From assembly GCF_036321535.1 (NCBI RefSeq), contig NC_087436.1, forward strand, positions 100,876,001 through 100,940,000: a DNA stretch of 64,000 nt, read 5' to 3'. Each line of letters starts with the position of its first letter. The stretch's first letter is position 1. This DNA is from Camelus dromedarius (taxonomy: Eukaryota). The notes below the pieces were generated by a model, which saw only the letters and a program-made list of their open reading frames with translations, was not told where the DNA came from and made no database searches. Below, piece after piece: positions 12,063-24,325 of the stretch. A program made the position numbers and the translations under genes.

Positions 12063-13355
12063 CTGCAGGTAGTGTTATCAAAAGAATTCTGGACTAGTGA
12101 CTCCTACTTCTTCACTGAGGTTGGTGTTCTCCAGAGTGACCAGAGTAAGTTTCTAGAACAGGCATTGCCAGAGAATGCAGTCCTAGTAGGAATGTTCCAG
12201 TCAGGGAGTTTCTCACTCTTTCACTCAGCTTCTCTGATACATATTTGAGTGGTTTTTAGAAAGTTCTCTCGATCTTTCCCTAACTTATATCCAGGCAGAA
12301 ATTAACATAGAAAGCCTTGATTTGGTGAATCATCCATATACATTATTTTAAAAATCATACTGTTATTATAGTCATTCATACGAGCCAGATTTAAGATGTA
12401 ACTTTTTTGCTGCAAAGCCAGTAAAGTAATTGTGATGAAACTGGGTTAATAGCTTTAGATTTAAAACGTCCTCTATTTACACACAAAGAAATCAATGAAT
12501 TATAACAATTGTCCAGTTAGAGTGAATAGTTCAGTTCAAGCTAGTTTTCAGATTTGACTTTTTTCCACAAGCAACTTCATTCCCCATTCTATTACACATG
12601 AAGGCAGGCTCTATCTTTTGGGTCAACATGAACCTCTTTTGCAGTTTATTGGGTATATATGAAATTCTGCCTTTGAAATACACAGGATTGTCGTGCATTT
12701 CTTAAGGTACACTGATGCCATATTAAATAGCTTAACTCACTCTTTCACCATCTATCCCAGCCAAATTTTACCAGCCTAGCTTTGCACACAACTCTAACTT
12801 CCCTGAGGGTTGGCGCCCTCCTTGTTTGAGCTGGCACTAATCAACCAATACGCTCATACTTCAGCTGTTCAAGCAGCAGCTAACCAGGCAGCCACAACAA
12901 ACACAATTCTGGCAGCTCCTAATGTGTGTCTCTGCCTGTAATTCAGATGCTGTTTGCAAAGAGTTTACATGTAGACCATGTCGCTCTCAGAAAGCTCAGT
13001 GCTAAAGCTTATTAGACACACAGTCCTGCAAATTAAATCATTATAAGTAGTTGTTCAAAATAGTTTGGGAAGACAGAGTGCACGGTAATTATTTTGATAC
13101 ACAAAAACTAACATTTTCTTGGACAAGGCCACCACTGTAGCAGATGATAACATTCTGGCAATAAAGCACTGAGCATTGATTCAATTAAGTACTGTACCAT
13201 TCTCCTATAAGAACAAACTCATTGCTTCCCAATTTAAACCACAAAGGTCGAGGACAGGAGGGGTGTGTATGAGACAAACAGATATTCTTTTACTTGCTAT
13301 AAATGTATTTGGTGGGAAATACAGAGATGAATGCATCTACTCAAAACCTCACACA

Positions 13356-13990
13356 TAATTCATTTTGTAGAAACTCTTCGAGCAGATTTGACACTCGAGT
13401 CACTGTTCTGAGTGCTATGGTGGTAGAAAAACAAACAGAATTTGGTGTTTGCACCGTGAGCTTACCACATACAAGATAACACAAATATTGAGAAACCATA
13501 AATGCACAAAGTGTTGTGCTGTAGAAGGCCATATCTGGGGGAGGAATTTCGCCTGAGGCATTGACATTTAATCTGGATTTTGAAATGATTGGCTTTGAAC
13601 TACTAAGGAATGGGGTAGGAGTGAGGAGAGCAAGGATGGGAGCAACACAAGTCAATGCATGGAGGCATGAAATGGTATCATGTGCCTAAATGGTCTAGAA
13701 TGGAGAGTCCAGCTTAGAGGAGGGGATAAGGTTAGAAAAGAAGATCATTACGGTTCTTACTGCTATTCAGATTCTATCTCAAACACTTCGATCAAAGCAG
13801 TAAATCAGTAATGTGTCTACATAGGTATGTGTTATGATGAGATGTATTTTAAGAGGAGCATCCTTACTTCATAGAGAGTGGGCTGGAATAGATAAGATTA
13901 GCAATCTGGGTAACTTCAGCAGCACTGCTGGAGATGCAGAGGGAGACGGGAGAAATTTTAAAGATGGTAATTTGAAATATAATGAGTAAA
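13356..13990 (-). mobile_element. L2 LINE 3' region, highly diverged
   Basis: Purine-rich reverse L2 pattern: cactgttctgagtgct...tgacatttaatctggattttgaa...atgcatggaggcatga...atgagatgtattttaagag. Confidence 0.55.
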
Positions 13991-14574
13991 GTAGACTAAA
14001 AAGTCAAAGAAGACTAAATCAAACCTTTTTTTTTTTAAGTGGATGAGTAGTAATGTGTTATTGGTAGTTATTTGATACAGAGTCAGAAGGACGATACAAA
14101 GACATCCCCAAATTAAATAAACAAATAAAATCATCTTCAATATTATCTAGACTTTTTAATTATAGAAACATTGCAAGGAAATAGAAGAAAACAGATGTAT
14201 AAGATAACTTGATATCTCTTAAGCAATGTAACTACCAAATGATTAATCACACCGATCTGTCAATTAGCCATATACTTTGTAAATAGAGCTTTATTATAGC
14301 TAATATTAATATTCAACCAAGAAGTCAGTGGACATTATTTTTTTTTCTGCCTGCCACATGAGAATACTAAGGTAAACATCAAATTAAATAAACAAACAAA
14401 CAAATAAACAAAAAAACTTGTTCCCAAACATTAACAACCCTTTGGTATGATTATACATTATATAAACTAAATCTTATTTTTATTAGTTCTATGAAACATA
14501 TCATGGAAAAATGTATGTATTTTGAATGTGAATAATCTAAATCTTATGATGACTCTAAATTATATCTCAAAAAG

Positions 14575-14703
14575 TAGACTGTTATTATTACTCCTAATAT
14601 ATCAAGCCCAAAGAAGGCACAGGAAGTGAAAATCACGTGTTCAAATTATGAATACAGATACACTTACACGTCTCCTTGACTGTAATCCTAGTATTCCTTT
14701 CAT
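14575..14703 (-). mobile_element. MIR fragment
   Basis: gttattattactcc...aaggcacaggaagtgaa...tctccttgact...cctagtattcctttc. Confidence 0.4.
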
Positions 14704-16444
14704 AAGCCCTTTTCACCTTTGTTTTGTGTACAAATGCTTTTCTTCATTGTTCCATTTGCAGAAGAAATTTTCAACATTATAAACCCTGATGCTCCCAAGA
14801 AGGCTGCCTCTTTCTGTTAATCTCAGTAGCCCTAGAGAGGCTAGCAAAATAAAGCATTTCATTTCTGCATTTTTCACTTGACTTGGCTTAGACTGATACC
14901 AGGTGACATTATTACTTTGGGTTGCGGATGCTGTTTGGGGAAGAGGAAAGTAAAATAAAGGATAGAATGATCATTTCAAAAGTGGCTACATTTGGGGGCT
15001 ACCTTACCCACCAGTTTTCATTTAAAGTAACAACTCTAAGAATGATGCCTATTGCTGGAATTCTCAATATCTTATTTCATTTTAAATGATTCTCTGTTAC
15101 TGGCAGATAGGAAACCATTAATAGGGCTTGAGAAATGCTCCACAGGGGTAATATTTAAGTCATTAGGGTCAGAGCCATGCGAAGTTTTTCATGCATAAAG
15201 AGATGAGTTCGTTACAGCAAAGTATTCCTACCATGTCCTTTCATTTGTAATATAGAATTATGCTTGGTTCGTCCATATTGTACTGTGAAACTGTACAGAT
15301 GCAGCATGCACACACAGGGACCATCTCATATATCTTTGAGTCGTTCAATATGCTTTCCAGTGCCTTGCATTTATAAAAAGTATGCTCCATGCATTTATGT
15401 AATATGCTTACTTTTTTTAACATTTCAGTTGAAGGGGAGATTTAAAGGTCAATGCTTACTCTGCTAAGATAAGACTTTTCATACTTAGAAATAACACCCC
15501 ACTATGCAGCAACTCAACACACACATTGTTAGAAATCTAAAGGATAACAAAGAGCAGTAGGTTTTCCAGGAACCTGAATATATACGGTTTAAGGCACTTG
15601 TATGGTCACAGACTTGACAATTGTTAATTGCTTTTTTCCAAAGTATGCTTATTACAAAGAGGAAAAAAATATGTCTAGTTGTGTCATACACACACATACA
15701 CACATACAACCGTCCCTAAATCTTCTAACTAAAATGCGTGAATACCCGAATTACACTTAACAGATATAAAGTGATACCTAGAATAAGTTCTCTAAAAAAA
15801 TCTTTTTTTAAATAAAAATATCACTTTAGATACAGCAGTTCAAAACCCAGTACATAATTAAATACATATGATGGATTTTACTGAGTGCCTAATGCATGTA
15901 ACATTTCCTTTGACAATTCAAATTTAAACTCACTTTAGTTCTTATAAATCTTGCAAGAGTATAATTGACTTAACATTTTTTTCCAAAAACAGCTAATACA
16001 TTACTTTCATTTCTATCTGGATTTTCATATAAATGAGAATAAGAAATGAGAAAAAAGTGCTACCTGGTAATAATCAACAGAGAAGCAGCTTGGGAAAACC
16101 AAATGCTTTTTTTTCTCTCCTGTGCAGTCTTTTGTATAAGTTTTTGGTGATTTTGAATATGATTCATTACAACCAACACAGCAAATAGGGTGAAATTAAT
16201 TTTAGAGTTGCAAATATTCTGATAGGGATCAGCAGAGAGAAATCTCCAGGCAGAAATTAACAATTTTTCTCTGGAGATCATGAAACCAATTTTCCACATG
16301 CCAAAGATATTAGTAAATGCATGTGCAGAACTATCTAGATAAAAGAGCATTTTTCTATAACTTGAAAGGCAAACAATTTATATCAGACCACGGTTCTACT
16401 TTCCTGACTCCTACTTCTAACTTGTCTAGAAAGTTGGACTGGGG

Positions 16445-16585
16445 AGGAAAGAGCACTGTAGAGGGAGCCAGGAGTTTGGGGATCCAGTTCTGTTCTTGTT
16501 CCATAAACTTGAATTAACCCTGGTTAATTTCTCTGAAACTCGGTTTTCTTCAAAATGAGAAGATCGAACTGGATGGTCCCCAACA
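16445..16585 (+). mobile_element. MIR (MIRc/MIR3-like) fragment
   Basis: gaaagagcactg..gggagccaggag...tttctctgaaactcggttttcttcaaaatgag...gaactggatggtc. Confidence 0.6.
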
Positions 16586-17176
16586 TATGGAGGAACTCGA
16601 AAGTTCTGCTTTCGGCTTCCATTGCTAACCATGTGAAAAAGGACAAGCGTCTTGCCTAATAATCACCTGTTTTCTATCTGGATTTCCCCGGTTGTTATAC
16701 TTTAGAAACCAGCAGCGAACAGGCTTTACACACAAGTAATAAGAATCATGTGATAGTACATTTCCTCTGGGACTGATTATCTCAACTCGGTCTTAGGGAA
16801 GTTCTTTGCCTACAGAAATGCTTCACCTTCTATTTACGCTTTTGTTTGACACTGACTTAGATCACCTCCCATTACTTTTCTCCAAACCTGTTTCAGCCCC
16901 ATTGATCTCCTTTCAGCACCCCTGCATATCAGCTGAAATGCTCTTGTCTAATCTACTGATCGGAACCTACTTCTCTTTTCACCCTGTGCTGCAATTTTTA
17001 TCTTCTCCTTAAGGCTTTTCCTGAACTAAAGAAATCGGAGCTCTTAATTAATTGAGCTTTAAGCTGCAATTTGTATGAATTTGTATGTTTGTGTATGATG
17101 GTTGCGGTGGTGTTACGGCACATCCATGGCAGTGTAGCAAGAAGGAGAACCATATTCAGCGACATGTTCAGGCCTG

Positions 17177-17227
17177 CCTTCCTGCCATCCTTCCTCCCTT
17201 CCTCCCTCCCTTCCTTCCTTCCTCCTT
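17177..17227. repeat. (CCTT/CCCT)n simple repeat
   Basis: Directly visible. Confidence 0.85.
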
Positions 17228-17429
17228 AGTCCAGTGTTTACCAAGCCTTACCAGAGCATAAGCACAGTGTTAAACACTGTTACTGTAAAGAAGAATCAAT
17301 CACCGCCCCTTCCTGCAAGAAGGAACAGGCACCTGTAGATACAGAACCACATGCCATTACTACAAATGCTAATGGAGACATGTGTCAAGTCATCTCTTCA
17401 TATTTTGGTTTATCGGTCAATACAATTTA

Positions 17430-17628
17430 GAGCATGGATTTAGAGAATTTAAAGGACATACCTACTACACTTTCCAGCTCTTTGCTCTTGAAGAACTTTC
17501 AAAGCTTCTTAGGGGCTCAACTTCCCCACACATGAAATGGGGAAAATAATATTAAATGATGTTCTCCTCAGTTTTTAGTAGGAATTAAACAGATAATGTA
17601 TCACAGTTCCTGACATAGTAAGCAATAA
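17430..17628 (+). mobile_element. MIR SINE
   Basis: ctcaacttcccca..tgaaatggggaaaataata...ggaattaaacagataatgta..acagttcctgacatagtaagcaataa. Confidence 0.7.
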
Positions 17629-18078
17629 GGAACTTGCACATGATACGTTTTTATAGATACCTGTATGCTTATCATGGGTTTGCATGAATCTTGAGGCCAA
17701 GCCTCTCATCCATTACCAATCACTTTCCTTAACATGTATAATAGATATTATAGTATATCTGTATATCTAGGTATTAACGTGTGTAATAGATATTATTTGT
17801 AAATTCACTACCTATGATAAATGTATGACTGTCCAGGTTTCCCTGATATTTTTCTGAGGGTACGGTTTGCCTGTCCAGGTAGAACCAACAGCTTTAGGGA
17901 GAGTCCCTCTGCAGACATATGTTGCTTGGATAAATGAAATCCACTTTACCCAGACATTAGATTAAACCATACTCAGACCCACAATACAGGGTAATGGTGA
18001 CCCACCTTTGCCCTGTAGTGGAGTACACAGTGTTTCCTAGACTGTTTCAATGGCAAATGAAATAATTTTCTCTCCCTC

Positions 18079-18431
18079 TGTTATGGACTGAATTGTGTTA
18101 TCCCCAAATAGATATTTTGTAGCCCTAACACCCCAGTATGGCTGTATTTGGGGAAGGAGCCTTTAAAGAGGTAATTAAAGTTAGATGAGTCAATAGGGCT
18201 GGTATCCTTGTAAGATGACAGAAAGACCAGGTGTGCATATGCACAGAGAAAGGGCTATGCAAGGTTGCAGCCAGAAGGAGGACATCCACGACCCAAAGAA
18301 AGAGGGCTCATGAAAAACCAAACCTTCCTACCCCTTGATCCTGGACTTCCAGCCTCCAGAACTATGAGGAAAAAATTCTGTTATTTAACCCCCCAGCTAT
18401 TTTGTTACGGCAGCCCCAGCAAACAAGTACC
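18079..18431 (+). mobile_element. MaLR solo LTR, MLT1B-like
   Basis: Starts TGTTATGGACTGAATTGTG; contains cctttaaagaggtaattaa and ccttgatcctggacttccagcctccagaactatgag; ends ttgttacggcagccccagcaaacaagtac; near-TSD ccctc (18074-18078) / ccctg (18432-18436). Confidence 0.92.
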
Positions 18432-18679
18432 CCCTGCATTAAAATGCTGGCCAAGTGTGTATCTAGCTCATCTATTTTAGAGGTAGAAGGGACTATGAGA
18501 AATAAGGTTAACTTTCATGATAACTAAAGCAAGGAAGATAACCGATCTTTATATTATGTGTTTAGTGCCTATCAGTTACATAGTTGCAATGGTCATAATG
18601 TTAAAGTGACCAAACTGAAGTGATCCCATGTGGCTGGTATCAGACTCCATGGCATAACCACAACACTGTTCTTCTTACT

Positions 18680-18840
18680 GCTTCTGCCATGGTTAGCTTT
18701 GGGACTCTGCAGCAATCGGTCGGTCTCTTCTACTCCTTGCAAACTGAGTGTAATAAAATTTACATTGCAGGGTTATTAGGAAGATTAGAAATACCGTATA
18801 TAAACCAGTAAACACTAGGTGCTCAATATATGATTATTAT
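18680..18840 (+). mobile_element. MIR fragment
   Basis: gcagggttattaggaagattaga...taggtgctcaatatatg..tattat resembles the MIR tail. Confidence 0.55.
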
Positions 18841-21748
18841 GTGGTGTTTTCTAAACACAGATTCAAATTGTGCTAGAAATACACTTCACAGAAATAGCCT
18901 GTGATCAAGCCTGAGTTTTTCCAGTGGTCAGTTATAAGAACTAGAAACAAAAATACCTTCAGAGATGATAATAGAGTTTAAATATGGAACGGGAAAGCTA
19001 ACTGGTGTCCCTGGCCTGGCTATGTGGGCAATGACATCACTTTGCAGGGAAATTGGCAGCTGTGGGGCATAAATTCAAGATCTTGAATCCATTTTTCTTC
19101 TCTCTGGATGAAGAAATAAGCCTAGGGTTGCCAAAATAGAAGTACATGAAGAATTTGGGATTACAGTGATACCCTGAAATATACTCCATTAGGATAATCC
19201 ATGGCCTGAAAGACCTTTCCTAGAAAACCATTTATTTAGGTTAAGAATCGTCTTACTGAGACATGTAAATTTCCTTAATAAGGATAAAATAATGACACCC
19301 TATACCGTCAGCATGTTGGATCTTTGATAACTTTGCCATAGTTTAAAATAAGTCCCTTTTTCATAATTAAGACAAGAGAAGGTACTTATCAAAGTTAACA
19401 TGTAAGGAGGGGAAAAAACATACTTATAAAGGTACATAGAGCCTAGTCTGCCTTTGAACTAGACCAGTGCTTTTTTCCATTATATTTTATAACACTTGTT
19501 GGATTTATCAGCTAGACAACAACTTGACTATAAAGTCATTAAGCCTCACTAGGGAAATTACAGAAAAAAGACTGATTACATATTTTTGGAGGAAAAAATA
19601 GCCCCATCTATACGGCTAGTTCATATGTGTTACTTGAGAAAACAAGCTTTTATGTTTATTTTCTTAAGATAAAAATACATCACTATGTCATAGACTAAAA
19701 TAAATGGCAGGCCCATGCACATGACATATATTTGTCATAGTTTAGTGGATGTCTAGATGAGACAACTTGGGGAAAGCTTACTTCACCTTAAACAAAAGTT
19801 ACGTAACAGTGGTAAAAATTTCTCTGTCTCTCTGTCACTGTACAAACACACACACACACACAACACCTAATGGAAAAGCACACATATACACACCCATTAA
19901 CAGGAAAACCTATTGCCACAAAACAAAAAATTGAAGGAATGTATTTTTTTATTATTCTCAAAGTGATCAATTATGGACTTTTAGAGAAAGTATACTTATG
20001 AATTTTTTCTTTTTTGCTTGTTTATCTCTCCCAGGACACAATAAACCCAGTCATAAATTGTATGACTCAACAGAGAGCAAGGATCATAGAATCTGTTTAC
20101 CTGGATTGCTCTTTTCTCACATTGACAGATGTCTAAGGTTTGAAGTAAACAACGTGTCCCCAGTTGTGTTTTACTCTGGGAAGAGGTTTCTCTTGTCTAT
20201 ATATCCCTGTAAGCCTGAAAGCGTGAGATTTGATTATTCCTAAACCATCACCTAAACTTCTACAGCCATGAAATTATCTATTTGTTTTTAAACTCTAGAC
20301 ATAGATTTAACTCAACCAGCCGAGGCTTTAAATCCCACAGGTTGATTACTTGCTACAAAAAGAAATTCTAAATTTGCTACTCTTTAATTTAATTGAGAGT
20401 ATCTATTTTTACCCTGCATTTTGGGACAAGGTGAAAAGGAGGTTCTTCTGTAGGTCCTTTTTATACCCTTCAATTACTTCTTAACTTTTTTCCCCTCCAG
20501 ATCCAGTGACCCAACTTTCTATTTAAATGTAAGCTTGATTGCATCTTTTCCTATGTTGGAAAGGTGACTCAAATCTTGAAAAAAAAAAAAATATGTATAT
20601 ATATATAGTAGATTTTCCTGAATAGTTAAGCTAAATACATTCTAAAGACCAGAAATAATTCTACCTGCCAAAATTCTCATGACAGGAGAACAATTTTATG
20701 TAACGTAAATAATTGAGATATATTTTGCACACAGGGTTTGCCTGCATTTTAGACTACGATGTTGTCTTATTAGTGAAGTTATGTAATATTTCAGCACTTA
20801 TTAAGGGCCTGAAATGTTAGACAGGTTATTTCCATACAACAATTTTCTATTTACCCTGGGTCACTAGCACCAAGGAAAATGCAGCCTCTGATGATGGGAA
20901 CATCATGGCAAGACTACGTCAGGCTTCATTAGGTAAGGATTTGGAATGTCCTTCTTAACATTAACAAGGCCACAATATATTGATAAACGAGCCAGGATAA
21001 AATAACCATTCTATAATAATCAGAAGAAACAGAGTTAGTTTACAAATCAACAGAAAATTTCCTAAACTAACAGTGTACAGGGATTCTGAAAAATTCTTAA
21101 TTCTTTCTTTCTTTTTTTGTTGTTGTTGTTTTTAAAAGGATATTATTTCCCGTGTAGAAAACCTCAGTTACTTGCTTCTCTTCCAAGCCTCAACTGACCA
21201 GTACTTGGGTCTCTGTCAGGACTAGGCTTTTTTCACCTTTTTTTTTTCTTAAAAAAGAAATACTGAAATCACTTTTTGAAAAATAAGAAATGAATGATTT
21301 CTTACAATGCTCTATTACAAAACAGAGACCCAGACAAAAGACACCAGTAGAAGTTATTTTGGAAGGCAGAACATGTAGAGATGTCTGATAAGAAACTAGG
21401 GTTCCTTGAACGGGCTGCGGAGAATCGTTCTGGGGTCAGTTAGTTGATTCTCTGTAGGAAGAGAAAAGTTATAAATCCCCTGCAGGTGCCCCCAGTGAAC
21501 TACCTCCATTGCCTTGGTTCCCTCTCCTTAATCATCCTTGTATTCAATACTCCAAAGTAAGGGTGGGGGTGACCGAGTGGGACTCACTAGACCAAAGAAA
21601 TGAATTTAAGCTAGGTACAAAATCCACCCGGGGACCAATCCTTATAACCACAATTAATAGCCTAAAATAAAAGGAAAGAAAATGGCACCAGGCGATATTT
21701 AAAGCTAAGGTTTCAACCATAAAAATGCCTGCCTAGTATATCCATAAT

Positions 21749-22640
21749 TCAGTTCTCTATTATATCTTTGGCTTTTGTACAGGTCAAGGTCTCTTTTGTT
21801 TCTGAAAACATACACCCAACTACTACTGGATTTGATTTTTCACCTATAGCTACACCTTTTGGATCATTAGTTTGGCTCTCAATATTTAAGCCCAAGGATC
21901 TTTTCTTTTCAAATAACAAAAGAATTATATGGCAAATTGACACTGGATGCTGAAGAACTTGTCCCTAAGGCATAATGTTTTTTTGTAATATTGATCATAA
22001 AACTTAACTTCAATGTTTTAGGGATTTAAAGGAAAATGCATTGGCTGCAGGCAATGTTTTGGAGAAGCAGACTTCTGCTGAACCATACGTATTTTTTTTG
22101 TTGTGGTTTTTATGTTCCCTACCAGAGGTGTCTGGACCAAGGGCAGGATTTTCGCTAATGCTCTCCCCAGTTCCACTGGCCTCTGACAGATACTGTGAAA
22201 CTGCTCCCAGTCCCGCTGCTGGATGTGCCTTGCTGATTTGCTTCTGTTTATCAGAAATGCTTTCCCTTATCTCAGTGTGACCTATCTGTGATTCCACAGT
22301 ATAAACTAACACATTTCTTACCAAGGAAATACACGTTTCTCCTCACGCTCCCTTGTGAAGATTCTTCAGCCTGTAAGACGTGCTCTGCCCATTTTGTAGC
22401 CTCTCATTGACTGGCTTTAACCTGTATTACATAATAATTGCTGAAGTGATGGTCATCCAGCTCCCTGTCTTTTGAATGAAAAATCTAAATGGATTGGTTC
22501 AGCTCTGTATTGGGAGGCCTGGAATGCTTCTGTTCCAGACATTGTCACAGACATCCAAGCAGGTTCAGATATGTGGTTCTGCAGATTGAATCAGTTTTGA
22601 TGATTTTATTTACTGCGAGATTTTCAGGAGGGTGAAACTA
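21749..22640 (-). pseudogene. Possible degenerate coding relic (dead exon or retrocopy), identity unknown
   Basis: 104-aa and 64-aa ORFs in the same minus frame separated by 4 stops, with further protein-like frame pieces upstream; S/E/K/G-rich; not recognised as a repeat. Confidence 0.25.
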
Positions 22641-22677
22641 TCACCTTTTTCTCTTTAGCAACGGCAATTGGCAAATG

Positions 22678-22845
22678 GTTTTCACATACATTATTTCACT
22701 CAATTCTTCTTAGGATTTTAAAGAGGCAGGTATTACAGTCACTATTTTGAGGATGTGGAAATTGTGCAGATGGAAGTTACAGACTGTCACCCAAGACAGT
22801 GACAAATATCTTGAATTCATAGCTTCCAACAAAATGCCCACCATA
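22678..22845 (-). mobile_element. MIR SINE
   Basis: ttttcacatacattatttcactcaattct...gaggcaggtatta...attttgaggatgtggaaattg...cccaag. Confidence 0.65.
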
Positions 22846-24147
22846 AACTGGAAAGGAAGAATAAAAGTGGGAAGAACTCTAAAGACTTAGGTGATGATAA
22901 TCTCAGATGACACATTTAAAGATTTACAAACAGTTTCTGTATCATCTTGTGGTATTTTGTTTATAATAGAATTTCTCATGTATTGTTATCTCATTTATGC
23001 TTGCCAATAACCATAAAGGAACGAAGGGACTCTCTAGCTCACACTGTTGCCTTTCAAAGTCTCAGAAGTATCACTCCTCCAAGATCCCAGTTATAGGAGG
23101 AACCTGGTTACAGGAGGAAGCAAAGATGAATCACAATGTAATGGATGTATCTGCAGTGATGCTTTTAAGAAAACTTACATTTGAGTTTCAGGTTTAACAA
23201 TTTGTCTTCCAACTAGTATATAGATGGAAATTGTACTGTATTTTTTAATTTCATTTCTATAACCTCCAGAGGAAGCTGTGGAAGACAAATACGTTTCCCA
23301 CGTTGCTCTGGAAAATCCCCGCTCTACCTGGTGTTCCACCACCTCAAGAGATGCACTCAGAGATGTATGTTTTTAAGGAGCAGAAAGAAGTGGCAAGAAG
23401 TCTGTCAGTCAGTTCCTCCCTACCAAGTTCCAGTGATCATCTTTTTTTAAGAAGAGTGACACAAAAACAGAACCTACCTTTTGACAATTACTCAGAACAA
23501 GAGAGAAGCATGCAGTGCTGACATTGACAGCTCCTTAAATTGTGATTAAATGAATGTGATAAAAGTGACTCCTCTGGCTGTGCCTTAGTCGTCACAAAGC
23601 TCTTACTTTAAGAGGTTCAAAATAATTCCTTATTGTTTACAGCAAAAGAACATCTCAGCCTATTTGAAAATCAGGTAGTATCTGTGGGAAATAAGAACAC
23701 AGCATCCAAGTGCTTGCCACTGGACAGCAAACTTAGTCCACATTATTCTTTGGCAGATGGATGCAGAAGCAAACACTTAACAGAAAGAGGGAATAACCTA
23801 TTTAAGCTTTGAAATGGTGATGGACACACACACATGCACACACACATACACACTTTCATAACAGAGAAAGGACAAAATACTTTTTCCGTCTATAAAGACA
23901 AAATTAGGTAGCAGAACTGGACTAGTCTCTAATGGAAAGAGGAAATCCCTTCCACACATTTCTGTTTCCTTCCAGTCATAGAAATAAGAAAAAAAAAATG
24001 AATATTGGGTGGGAGTCTGTTTGGAACATTATCAGCGCAGATGGCTGGACAACTTGGAGAGGTATGAAAAGGTCAATGGAATTGGAGTTAAGGCATAGTT
24101 TTTTCTCTCTGGGTCTCAACACATTTATAAGATGAACTTTGAATAAT

Positions 24148-24325
24148 CAGAGGCTTTTAAATTGCATCTGTGGGTTGTCTGGATTAATGAGAATTTCTGG
24201 AAATTACACAGAATTTTGTGCAAAACTGTGATTCTGGGCAAGTGTGTAATTATCCAGTGAGAGGGTCTTGAACCCTCATCATATTCACCAAGTGCCTCAA
24301 AACTCAAGTTAGTTAAGAACCATTG
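24148..24325. mobile_element. hAT-Charlie (MER5-group) MITE inserted in a MIR3-like element (~24050-24370)
   Basis: Degenerate TIRs cagaggcttttaa / ttaagaaccattg; MIR head upstream and MIR3-type tail (gactagatgat...aaggccctttc) resumes downstream. Confidence 0.55.
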
